A DNA stretch of 64,000 nucleotides from Podarcis erhardii. Taxonomy: Eukaryota. Location: NCBI GenBank assembly GCA_964252035.1, contig OZ176201.1. One strand, given 5' to 3'. Position numbers and translations under genes: made by a program. The notes beneath the pieces were generated by a model, which saw nothing but the letters and a program-made list of their open reading frames with translations, made no database searches and was not told the origin of the DNA. This document shows positions 1 to 11,998 of the stretch, one piece after another; position 1 is the first letter of the stretch, and each line of letters starts with the position of its first letter.

Positions 1-460
1 ACAGTCTGCATCCTCAGGTAAACAATCTAAAACAGGGTAGGCAGCCTTCAGGGTTGTGTGATCTACTTTGTTTTTTACTTGAACCTTGAAGGCAACCAAA
101 TTGAAGCCAAGTGCAAAATAACAACTGCTTAAAATTCTCAAGGATAAGAACTGGAGTCAGATGCAAAATAAGCAGTTAAAGAAAATAAGAGTTAAGGAAT
201 GGGATGTGCAACCCAGGAAACTGGGAACAAACACCTACATACACTTGAGGAGAAGCCAGCTCCCTGTAGCTGCTCCTTCTACAGCCAATGGATGAGGCCA
301 AGTTGGTCTCTCCCTTGCCATTATGTTCTTCCTACATTAGTCCCTGCGAGACTTCCTTAATCAGAAGTCCCAAAAACTTTCTCTGCAGAACATGTGCAGA
401 GGATTGCATCTTAATTACTTTGTTGACTTTGGTTCATGCTATAGAAAGTCCCACATTTAC

Positions 461-540
461 CTTCATCTCTGGCTTTTCTTACTTTCTTCTTCCTGTCCCT
501 CTGTGCCCAGGAAGGGGTTGCTCCCATTGCGCTCTGAAAT
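461..540 (-). CDS. UTP18: UTP18 coding exon 4 (gene continues beyond the left edge)
   Basis: tcttccttag| FQSAMGATPSWAQRDRKKKVRKARDE |gtaaat; matches UTP18 FQxAMGxxPxWA; 80 nt. Confidence 0.92.
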
Positions 541-1246
541 CTAAGGAAGACAAGTCTGTACTTCACCCACAACTGTTACTTAAGACACAACCTTATTCAC
601 TGAGGTAAGTAAAAAAAACTATCAGAAATTTTAAGTAAATATGCCAGACAATTTTGAAAGATGGGTGAAAGAATGATGAGCATTAAATATCTGATGAAGA
701 GAGGGATGCAGGGCAAGAAACTCAGGACAGACAGCCTTATAGTATCTCTCTCACACACCCACACACCCCTTGTGATGCAAAAGCAGATGCAAGCTGTTCA
801 AAGGATGGACTGTGAAGGAAGAAAAACATTTTCCTCAACCCTCCCCACCTCTTGCAAGTAAGCCTCTCATTATGACAATAAATAGGGAAATGCTTTTGAA
901 GTGTCCAAGCACCCCAGCCATTTTTGCCCTTCCTTTTTAAGTTCAATTTGAATCATTCTGCCATTTCCCCTTTTCTCAATATTAAGCAGTAAAACTTCAT
1001 AGCTGCATAAAGAAATTTGATTTTTATTTTTATTTTTTGCATTTTAGTATGTATGGAAATAAATATAGACATCTTCAAAAATTCAGATTAATTTACAAAT
1101 TGTCTGTTTTGAGAAAACACATATTGGAAGGCCTCTTCAAAAATGAGGTTATATGCTAACATTTTTGATGCCAATTCAAATAAATAATAAAAAATTATTT
1201 TTTCTTAAGATGGTTGTCTCTTGTCCATGTTACCATTAACACTCAC

Positions 1247-1342
1247 TGTTCTTGAAGTCTTCTTTGAAGTTTTTCCTTTGTAAGCTTCTTTTCTGCATCA
1301 CTTTTCATCATGTTTTTTCGATATCGATGGGTCATGTCAATT
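1247..1342 (-). CDS. UTP18: UTP18 coding exon 3
   Basis: tctcctag| IDMTHRYRKNMMKSDAEKKLTKEKLQRRLQE |gtgagt; 96 nt, phase compatible with both neighbours. Confidence 0.93.
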
Positions 1343-2162
1343 CTAGGAGAAAAAAGTCACATGCTAAATTTGTATAGTTCTGTAAAAATATTAATTTTAC
1401 CAAGATGATCACTTTACAAATTAAAGCAAGTGAATAGCTTATATTTTGAAACAGTGGCATGTAGTTCATGTTACATAGTAAGATTACATAGTAGAGTCAA
1501 TGTGATGGAGTGGTTGAGTGCCAAAATAAGATTGGGAGATAAAGTTTCAAATCATCACTCAGCCATGAAATTCAATGAGTGACCATAAATAAAATACTTC
1601 CTCTTCCTAACCTACTTTACAGGATTAGCATGGGGAAGAAATGGAAAAAAGTTTTAAAATCAGCTATAAGGTTCTAGAATTTCCAAAGCTCTTAAAAAGT
1701 GGACAGCCTGGCAATATTTTGTAAAGTCTTGCACAAAGCACACACATTAATATCTTCACTCAGAATGAATGGTTAAGAGGATGGGTGGTATCCAATTGTG
1801 CACTGATGCAATGGACTTCCACTTGTGCAAGGGTGACTTTCCTTCAACCTGCAGCCACCCAAAATCTGCTCTGGAGGATTGACAGATTGCAGGGGGAAGA
1901 GGGAAAAGGTAAGTCACAGTACATCCGCTGGTGCGACTCTTGACCTTGCACTCACAGTATGTAAGATGCTTACACCCCAAACCTACATATGTTAGGTTGA
2001 AGACAAGCCCCACAGAGTTCAATCCAACTTGCTTACAACTACAGCTTTGCTTCACCACACTTGATTCACGAGTCAATTTACAATAGGTGCATTACACATC
2101 AAAGTAAACCACTAACCATGGATTACTGTGAAATGCAAACATAGCCTATGAGTGCTGCTTAC

Positions 2163-2296
2163 ATTTCCTCAACTTCATCATCTTCATCCACCCATGCTGG
2201 TTTTTCAGATGGAAGAAAGTTGTCTTCCGTTTCATTATCCACTTCTGAGCCATCAGATTCTCCTTCAAGGAGATTCCCACTGAGCACATCACCAAC
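2163..2296 (-). CDS. UTP18: UTP18 coding exon 2
   Basis: tttttttaag| VGDVLSGNLLEGESDGSEVDNETEDNFLPSEKPAWVDEDDEVEE |gtaagc; matches the UTP18 KPxWVDE(E/D)D motif; 134 nt. Confidence 0.93.
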
Positions 2297-3253
2297 CTTA
2301 AAAAAAGAAAGAATATTTTCTTTAATCTTAGAATTTAAAAACATGTTACAGATTGCCACCCATGAATCTTTAAAAATTCCTTAAAAACTTATCATTGTTT
2401 ATTCTCAGACCACTTGTCAGGAGCCTGAAACTGAGATAACTGACAAGCCCAGTCTCAGCTGTACTGCCACATGAATCCTGAGGCATTTCGGACAGAACTT
2501 CCTGATAACCACATACCTGATGAACATTGTGCTGTTCTACAGCACCCATATAATAACTTTCAGAGTTCAGATGGCATACTTGCACTGTTTGCTGCCATGA
2601 CAGAACAATACCCCACATCTGGATACTATGGTGAATTTACAAATATTTACGTGAACTGAAAAAGTTAGGAATTTTTTTAGGGGGTGAAGAACTAATTTGC
2701 TTGAATGTTACAGTGGGTATTCAGACTTAATTTACCACCTCCTGGAATACTTTCAAAGTGGACGAGACAGAAGATTGTGACCTCTAGATAAGGCATTCAC
2801 ACAGCCACCTACAAAGGGACAACCATTAGCAACTTTACAACCTCAACTGTTTGACTGAAGCCACAATAAATTTATTTTTAAAAAACAGCACAAAGAGTGC
2901 CCCTTTTCTATGCTGTGCTATCATAACTACAGCTGCATCCCTCTTCTGAACATTTGCTACTGAACTGGCAGGGCCGGCACGAGTTTTTGTGGACCAATGC
3001 TCCAGGTGTGTAAGGCAGGCAGAAATTCCGTAATATGTACTGGTGAAACAAATGCATCACTGTATCTGCGTGTCCATAAACACCCACTCGTGCAATTCAA
3101 GCTTATCATGCTGCCAGCAGCTCGGGCAGGGATGTGGGGCTCATAGAAAGAAGAGAAAGCTGGTGGAAAGAACCATTATCCACTAGATACCGTGAGGCTG
3201 ATTATTGCTATCCAGTCGGGGGGGGGCACCAAAACAGGCTTCCCGCCTAATAC

Positions 3254-3499
3254 CTTCGCCAGCGGGCCTTGCAGGTCGTCGTCTCCTTCCTCCACGTCCC
3301 CAAACAGCAGCTCCTCCAGGCCACGCTCCGCCGCGGGTTTCTCTGCCACGAGAGCCAAGTGCTGAGCCCGACGGATCTCCTCCGCGGCAGCCGCCATGTG
3401 GCCGCCTCGCTCCTCGCCTCTTTCAAGCGGCCCTTTTCCGACCCGAGGCCGCTTTCTGCCCTTCGACGCGCCTCGCCGGCCCTCAGCCCTCGCCTCCAT
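3254..3499 (-). CDS. UTP18: UTP18 coding exon 1 (SSU processome WD40 protein)
   Basis: ATG at 3499 (agcATGG) reads MEARAEG...AAAAEEIRRAQHLALVAEKPAAERGLEELLFGDVEE...PLAK, matching the UTP18 N-terminal LEELxFGD motif. Donor AAG|gtatta; 246 nt, phase 0. An alternative in-frame ATG lies at 3397. Confidence 0.88.
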
Positions 3500-4550
3500 G
3501 CTACCTCTGCCTTCACGGGGCCACAAACCGGAAGCGGAAAGGCCCGCACGTTCGCGTCACGGAAACCGGAAACGCCCTTCCCGCTCAGTTACCATAGAGA
3601 GGCACGCAGGCGCAAACACGTCCGCCCTCCCAGCCACAGTACTCAATGAAGCCGCCGTGACGCCGCCTGAATGAACATGCGATGTAAACAAACAGATAGA
3701 TTACCAGAGAGATACGCGGGCTGAGGGGGCTTTCGGCGCGAGCTCCTCACCCCTCCCCACCCCAAGGCAAATGGAGACCGGAATAAAACGATCTGCGTAA
3801 CATTTGTCTTTTTCTCGTATGTCTTTGCCTTCCCCCGCTCCGTGAGAAGCACTGCCACGTGACCTCCTTGGCCCCGCCTCCTTTTCACATGACCTCAATG
3901 TTTCAGTGTATTCCCCCCCCCCAACACACACACACTCTCTTTTCCCCCATGTTTCCCCCTCATAAGAACCGCTCTCTAGGCGGGCTGTGCCATCACTTGT
4001 AAAACAGTGGGGGGGGGCAGGTGAAAGCACCTTTTTTAAAAAAAAGATTAACGTCTCCTCAGTTGAAGGCAAACTGAGACGGAGAGAAGCATCCCATCAA
4101 ATCTGTAGCCGGTCGCGGCGACCGCTTTAACGCCGCGGCTGCGACCGTCCTCGGTCCCCGTCGCCTCTCCTCCCCCCCCCCTCTTCCGCATCATAGTTCA
4201 GGCCGCCCAGCCGCGTACGGCGAGCGAGGGCGATCCAAACAGCGAGGGGGCCAATGGGAGCGCGCCGTGGGCTGGGGCCGTACTACGCGTGCGCAGTGCG
4301 GTTATGCTAATGTTGTTGATATTCTGGGGCTTGGAGTTGAATGTCTTTTCTCTCACACACTCTGCGCTCTTCCCCCCTCCGTTTAAAGTGAGAGGCTGAA
4401 CTTTCCTCCTCCTCCAACCTGGCTCTGCCCCTCGGAAAGGGGAGGGGGAGAGTCCGGGGGGGTGGGGGCTGAGCCGAGGGGGCGGGAGGGGGGAGGAGGA
4501 GGAGGAGGAGGTGAGCGGCGGCAGCGGCATCCTTTGCCCATGAGGGCCTG

Positions 4551-4571
4551 ATGGAAAACACAAAGGACCTG
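4551..4571 (+). CDS. MBTD1: MBTD1 exon 1 coding part (MENTKDL), upstream in-frame start
   Basis: ATG GAA AAC ACA AAG GAC CTG|gtgagt, a strong donor; phase 0 joins the 11479 acceptor in frame with MFDG. Confidence 0.75.
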
Positions 4572-5218
4572 GTGAGTAGCGCAGAGCCGCCCCCTTGGGA
4601 GGAGGGGGGTCGAGGGAGGCAGAGGCAGCGGCCAGCACCGGGCAGGGCAAGAGGCTTGGGCTTCAGAGCGGGGTGGCTGACCTGAGAGGCTTGAGGGGGT
4701 CACGCTGCTTTGGGTTCCCTTCCTGAGGGGGTGGGGGACCCACGCGAGAAATGGTGTGGGGAGCAGCCTTGCATTCTGTGCCGTGTGGGAGGGAAGGGCC
4801 GGACTGAGAAAGGCAACTCTGGGCAGGGAGGAGGGTGGGATGTTCTGCGAGAAATACTGTACCATATAAGCTACCTCTTCTCCATCTCCTCCGACTCACC
4901 CACCCACCCGTGTTTTCTTACTCCCCCACTCCCCGGCAACATGTGCAAAAGTGGCGGGGACTTGAGAGAAACTTCTGCCTTCTGGCGGAGTGCGAGTGGT
5001 TCATTCATCGATGCCTCTTCGAGGTTTCCAGAGTCCCTTCCGCGTTCCTTTGGCTGCCCCTTCCTTGCGTGCTGTGTTGGCTGTGCAGAGAACTCGATAC
5101 CTCTTTTTTGTCTGTGTTGGTACCTTGGCCAGTACTGCGGCTCCAGCGTTGCCCTAGTAGTTTAATCAAAAAGCGAAGAAATTTTGTGCCTCGTTGAGCA
5201 TCTTGAGCATCTTGTGTA

Positions 5219-5449
5219 CAGTGGTACCTCTGGCTACGTACTTAATTCGTTCCGGAGGTCCGTACTTAACCTGAAACTGTTCTTAACCTGAAGCACCACT
5301 TTAGCTAATGGGGCCTCCTGCTGCTGCCGCGTGATTTCTGTTCTCATCTTGAAGCAAAGTTCTTAAGCCAAGGTACTATTTCTGGGTTAGCGGAGTCTGT
5401 AACCTGAAGCGTATATAACGTGAAGCATATGTAACCCAAGGTACCACTG
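5219..5449 (+). mobile_element. Tc1/mariner-type MITE family A
   Basis: TIRs CAGTGGTACCT.../...AGGTACCACTG flanked by TA at both ends; homologous to the copies at 57087 and 60653. Confidence 0.88.
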
Positions 5450-8400
5450 TATATGCTTTGCAAGGGGATGTGCAGACCAGTGTTCAACAAACATTTCATT
5501 TGATTGTTTTTAGAAGGTTGAATGTGGCCTTTGAGAAGATAGAGGAAATGTTTAGGTCTGCCAATGTTCAGTAGTGTAGAAGAGAAAACCTAGTAATCCA
5601 GGAAATGCCATGACGAGTCTATTTCTTTAGTTTCCTATCTGCTTGCTACTTTTCCTCCCCTGACATTCACACTAATCTGTAGGATTCTGCAACCCGCTTT
5701 GTTGCATACAAGTATCCTGGAGCAGAAAGTAAATGAGTCAGTTTTACCTTTCTCAGGGAAAGCTTTCAGAATTAATGTTATAACGAAGACTTTAAAGAGA
5801 AATTGCCAAATTAAGATATGCTGAATGCTGACAATGAGAAGTTTCACTGGATAAAGTACGAAAGATGTAACTTTTTCATTTAAAATGCATTGACTTTAAT
5901 GCATTATATTTGTGATGTTGAAATGCTGATATCAGCATAAAGTTGCATTTCCTTTGTTAAATGTGGCTTATTTGTAATTAAACTTAAAATACAGAACATT
6001 CTGTTACGTATATAAAACCAGTGTGGTGTGTTGGAGTAAGACCTGGGGTACCAGGGTTCAAATCACCTCTTGGCCATGAAGCTCAGTGAGTGACTTTGGG
6101 TCAGTCACTACCTCTTAGCCTAGCTTATCTCACAAGCTTATTGTGAGTATGAAATGGAGAGAGGGAGTACAATTTATGCCACCTTGAGCTCATTGGAGGG
6201 AAGTGAGATATTAACTTAGTAGCAATAATAAGTAAACATTGAGCCCTATTTTAATGTGTGTGTTAAGAGATACAGTAGTTTTAAAAGTTTTAAATTTGTG
6301 ACAGTGTTGCTTTGGACACTGCTGATGCAGAGCTTTATTCTCAAACTTTTTAGCGCTTTCCTCCTTAACTTTCCTTTCCATTATGTATCTAGACTAAACA
6401 CCTTTTTTGTCTTAAGGCAGTCTCCCCCAGCCTGATACCCTCCAGATGTTGTTGGACTACAGATCCCTTTATCCCTGATTATTAGCCGTGCTGACTGGTT
6501 GATGGGAATTGTAATCCAAAACATCAGGAAAGCATTGGGTTGGGAATGCTGTCTTAAATGACGTGTGGCTTTGTCTTGCCTTTCTACAATACTTGATTGG
6601 GCTTTAATAGGGAAACACTCATGTGCATGTATACTGACTATTCTCATTTGCTTCAGTCTCCTGCCCCATTAATTTGTCCACTGTTCTCTATTCTGCCCAT
6701 TGTGCATGGTCTGTATACCAGAACATGGTAGCATGTCTGTCTTGCAAATCTTTTACTTCCTTAAATAGAGTATCAGCAAATGCCTTACAAAAGCTTCTGA
6801 ATGCATAGCTATTGGAGGGAACACTGTGTTCTCGATGTTGTGTTGTCAGTTAACATGAGAGAGCATTTGGATCTTACAGACCTAGCTGGTCCCCTATGTG
6901 AACAAATTATGCATTCTAGAATAGTCCCAAAGCCTTCTGTAATGTTTGTTGGTTCCTTGACAGATCTGTTGATATGGAAAGTGCTCACTGAGGGTAAAAG
7001 TTCTGAAAACTTATGGATTAGTGTATACTGGAAGACAACTGGGTCATACCTTCTGCTATCACTGTTGGTACCAAAACACACAACAGCATGTGCATTAAAT
7101 CTTATGGGCCAATCATGCAACCTGCTGCACTAACAATAAGTTTGTAGGATACGGACCAATTATTATTCTGTTGCTTCAGTTCTTAAAACAAATTTTTATT
7201 GGCTTTACTTTCTATACAGATACAAGAACCATCAAACACTTATGCAGCAGTGCATCTAATGGTGTTTTTTCTATCCATTGACTTTAGACATGAGCTTACA
7301 CATTCAATGTTCAAACATATTACTTAATGTAATCTCTCCACTGAAAAGATTGAGCCGTTAGGATAACAATGTCTTGATTTTGTTCATTAACATAGCTAAA
7401 GAAAAGGGCCCACATTTATTGGAAGGTGTCTCTTTTCATTAAGCCTTTAATTGTCCTCTTGTGTCTGGTGAGACGCTCAAACATTGCTGCACCCCAGATA
7501 TTATTTCCCCAAATGCTCAGAGTTATTTCAGTCTGGTTCTTTTATTATTGAGCTATCATTAATCATGCTGCGGTCAGTAAGAAGCCTACTAGTTCTCTGT
7601 AGTGAATAGTGGAGCCCAAGTCTATGTCCAAAGATAGTAAGGCTAAGGTAGGATTTGGAGAAAGAGGTTGGCTTGTAATTGTGGATATAATGGAGAATAT
7701 TGCAAAAGTTCCCACCAAACATGAAAAAACCAAGTTTTCCATAACCATTCCAACATGGCAAAGGGAGGGATTAATTTTTGCCAGCCTGACTGTCACCCAG
7801 TGCCAGTGGAGGCCTCCTGTAAGCAAGCAGAGATTGTTTTATGAGGGGTGGGAATGGCCCAGAGACCTCATTTGTGATCTTCAATTGAGTGGCCTAATTC
7901 TGATTCCCATACAGTTTGAAGGCCTCCAGCACCCCCTGCTTCATGAACTAATAGATTGTTGTATGTAGGGAAGCGGCATCTTTCAGGTCATATGCTGGTT
8001 ACAGCTGCATTGTTATAATCTGTAATGATTAGCTATGGCTGTAAGACAGCAATGAGTTATTACTTTGACTTGTCAGTTGGTTGTTGTAGCTATGTAAAAA
8101 TTGAGGTCATTGACAAATGTTGCCTAAAGTCAGTGCACGAAGCTGTTGTTTGACATGAGCTAGGCAGAAAAGAGGTGTTTAGAGATGGCGTTGGGAACTG
8201 CTTGTCTGCATGACATTACAGAAGACTTTTGGTCAATGTTGAAGGTATCTATGTTGGTGCAACATTATATGCATAATGTTTAGCACTGCAGCAAATGATT
8301 ATGTTGAAGTTGCTATTGACAGGGATGGATGAGCTGTTGCTACAACTGATTCATATCAAAACCATTTTGTGCATCTTCACAGTCACACAACTTAAGTTTC

Positions 8401-9324
8401 TCTTGTCTCTTTCTTGTTCTTCAGATTGCAAGTGCCTTGGGATGAGGATGGTTTTATTTATTTAGAACATTTATTGGCAGCCCAAGTGACAAAGTCCTCT
8501 GGGTAGTTCACACAGAGTACAATTTAAACATTGATTTTCAGTGTTTTAATTAATCATTCCCTGCCCTTCAAAACTAGCACTAGCAGCATAACAGCATTTA
8601 AAATCAGAGAAAAACAATCAGTCTATGAGTATTCTGGGGCAATATGCACCTTGCTCTTCTTTGCCAGGACTTGTTAGATCCCTGAAATGTTTAAGCTGTA
8701 AGCTAAACTAGAAAGAATTGTAGTCTGTGGCCATAATAGTTTTTAAAAGTGGACAATCATTGCAGCATATATTTAAGTACTGTAACTGTATTAGTTATGC
8801 TGCAAATGTAATCAAGTTCTGTGGTGCCTTAACTGCACTTGGGATAGTGGTGTCTAGCTCTCTCTCTTTTAAGTTCTCAATACCATGCTGCTATGCAAAC
8901 TTGCCACCCAGGATGAATAAAATTTCAGTGGGTGATCATCACATAAATACTAGTACTTCTTTAAGATTATAGCGGAAATTATAATAGAAAACATACTATG
9001 TATGTAACATGGATGGACATTTCTAATTTTTGTGAATGTCCAAATATGTAAAATTTACTGTGTCTTTTGCTGTTGAACACTGTATTTACTTATCCTGCCT
9101 CACCCTACAAATTATGAAAGTTGCTGTGTGAATAAGTGTATGTTAAGTACTCATGTGTAATACAGTCATTACATTTCCACAGGCTCTTCTGTCATCCCAG
9201 TAGCACATATGAGCAATTCAAGTTTGCATGACTATGCTTTGCAGGTTGCAATCACTATCTTTTTCTCTTAATGATGCTCAGGTTGTGTCTAATAGTCATA
9301 AGCAGTATAATAGTTATGGGACAG

Positions 9325-10100
9325 AGATAGCTTTGGTTGCCTTGGTGGATAACTTAACGATGGGAACTGGACAGGGGGAGTGTGTCCCTGTTGATTCTGC
9401 CTGACCTCTTTGTGGCTTTCAAAGCTATTGACCATGGCAGCCTTGCTGGGATAGGACTTGAAGGCCCTGTTTTACAGTGGTTCCATTCCTTCCTGGAGGG
9501 GCCAACCCAGAAGTTAGTGCTGGGGGACCTTGGCTGCTGGCTTGCGCAGTCCCTCGATGTTATGTTTTGTCCCTCATGCCACTGGGAGAGGTAATCCAGA
9601 GTTTCAGAGTTCGGTGTCACTAGTATGCTCTTTTTCTCCTTTCCACCTAAATCCAAGGAAGCTGTCTTGATTCTACTGGTGTCTGTGATCAGTAATGGAC
9701 TGGATGAGGGTGAGCAAATTGAAATGTAATCTACAGGTAGGCAAGACGTAGATGCTCTTGGTCAGTCAGAAATCATAACAGGGAACAGAGATTCCAATTG
9801 TGCTATGTGGGGTAGCACTCCCTCTAAGACACAGGTTTGCTGTTTGGGCATGCTCCTGGACTCAGCCCTGATCATGATCACTCAGGTTTCTTTGGTGACC
9901 AGGAGTACATTTGCACAGTTAAAGCTAGTGTGCTAGCTGTGCCTGTTCCTTGAGATGTCTGATTTGACCACAGTGACACACACACCTTAGGCACATGCCG
10001 TTTGGAATACTGTAATGCCCTCTTCTTGGGAATGCCTTTGAAAAGTGTATTGCTCTAAATGTTGGACATTCAGATACTGCTGATAGGTCTGGAATTGTTA
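9325..10100 (+). mobile_element. Degenerate L2 LINE reverse-transcriptase fragment
   Basis: EIALVALVD...SLLILPDLFVAFKAIDHG...VLQWFHSFL resembles L2 RT LLLDLSAAFDTIDH; later SRLDYCN-like relic; stops and frameshifts present. Confidence 0.75.
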
Positions 10101-11478
10101 TGGGTAGAAGACACTATTTTTCAGTGGTCTGCTCCTTTCTAATTGCTCAGTATTGGAAGGTAGCATTTGATGACTTCTGTTCAACTATATATCTGCTGTA
10201 TATCATAAGGAACTACTTTGTCCATCCTGCCATTGAATGGGATTGTCTGATTTATGGATTGGGGTGCTATTGATATTTGGATAACAAATGAAATTATTAT
10301 TTTATTTTTACAACGATTTCAGAAGTGGCATTTGTTTTAGCAAATAAAATGTGTAGCATGATCTGCACTATGCAAGGGATATCTCCTTAGTAATGGCATT
10401 CTGAGATTGCGCATGGTAGAGCAGCCATTCACATAAAATCTAACTTTTGTGATGCTTGTTTTATTCTATCTCTGTCAGTTGCCATGGAAGTGTTTCTATG
10501 ACAAATCATTAACTTTGTGGGAATAGTCTACTTCAAAGACTGAGAATATGTGACGGAAACAGATGAGGGGTGGGTTGTGCTTAGTGGCTAACAAAAGGGG
10601 GGAGAATGGACCCTAGAAGTTGCAAAGAAGAACAATGATACACTCTGGCTCTGGCTTTTCTCTCTAGTTCTGGTGTGAAATGAGAATATACCACAGAAAA
10701 GCTCCACAGTTTTCTGAAGAGAAAATGGTAGGTCAGTGAGCTTAATTCCCTTCTCTGGGTTGTTACGTGGGGTTGCATCAAGTGTGGTGTAGTGGTTAGA
10801 GTGTCGGACTAGGACCTGGGAGACCCGAGTTCAAATTTCCACACAGCCAAGAAGCTCACTGGGTGACCTTGGGCCAATCACCTGGTCTCAGCCTAGCCTA
10901 CTTCAGCTAATGTATGCTGCCTGCTGGTTAGCCAGAAGTGGATGAACTGTTGATGAACAATGCTGGGTATACCAACACATGATAAACTTACCCTTGAATT
11001 CTGCAAAAACTATTGAGGACTTTGGTGGCATATTTGAAATCCGTAACTTCAGGACTGATGCATTCTATAGAGAAGCTAGCAAACCAACATAATTTTTGTA
11101 TAGCTCATTGCTTTACATTTGCCTATATGTAAAGCAACATAAGTGCTCCTCTGTGATTTCTACAATGGAATATATAAGGGTAATAAATTAAATGTTTGTG
11201 TTTGGTTATTGAACATAATTTTGTTGGGTGGTGCTCATCCTGAATATTGCTTTGTGTAGTGCAAAGTATTTCATTTTTAGTTTATTGTATACCATGGCAC
11301 CTATGTAACATTTGCAAATTGCTTTTCATTTTGTCTGTCTACATGTGTTGTTTCTCTGTGTAACTTAAGATTATGTAGTATGGATCTTCCACACTCAGTG
11401 GAAACCTTTTAAAATGCTGAAATATCTCTTTCAGCTCCTTTTGTTGAGAGGTTTTAACATTTTAGCTTTTCTTTTTAG

Positions 11479-11680
11479 ACTGAACATTCTTCAAGATCTG
11501 AAAGGAAGAGACGTGATTCGTTCGGGATGTTTGATGGTTATGATAGCTGTAGTGAGGATACCAGTAGTAGCTCAAGCTCTGATGAGAGTGAAGAGGAAGT
11601 TGCACCTTTACCCTCAAACCTCCCAATTATCAAGAACAATGGACAGGTCTACACATATCCAGATGGCAAATCTGGCATGG
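11479..11680 (+). CDS. MBTD1: MBTD1 exon with the canonical start (ATG 11527)
   Basis: ctttttag| TEHSSRSERKRRDSFG-MFDGYDSCSEDTSSSSSSDESEEEVAPLPSNLPIIKNNGQVYTYPDGKSGM |gtgagt. Confidence 0.96.
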
Positions 11681-11998
11681 GTGAGTGTATGATTTTTCAG
11701 TGGAATGCTAAATCAAATGACCACTTCTTATTTCTCTGGTGCCAACTTCTTTTTTCTGCTTGGATGTTAGGAGCAGTGACCAAAAACTGATGCACATATG
11801 TGTCGCTTTGTGTGAAGACTGTTCTACTGTTTCATGTCAGTAAACTACAGCTAAACTGCTCCTAGACAACCATAGAAGTGTGCTTAAGTCCTAACAAAGT
11901 GCGTGCATGATTCCTTCCTTTAGCATGCTTACAGAAAAATATTCAGAGTCAGAGTCAGGAAGAAGGGGACATCGCCATACCTGAAAACTTAAGAGATA

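Larger units (their letters stand above)
3200..5100. promoter_or_regulatory. CpG island / bidirectional UTP18-MBTD1 promoter
   Basis: CpG- and GC-rich sequence between divergent first exons. ETS-type CCGGAAG/CGGAAA cluster at about 3528-3570, NRF1-like GCAGGCGCA at about 3606, E-box CACGTG at about 3857, CCAAT at 4251-4255. Confidence 0.85.

Noticed and set aside
3205-5197. Overlapping 100-160 aa ORFs in the UTP18/MBTD1 CpG island
   Set aside because: Low-complexity Pro/Arg/Gly/Ser ORFs expected from GC-rich, stop-poor DNA. Only the UTP18 exon-1 frame matches a known protein.
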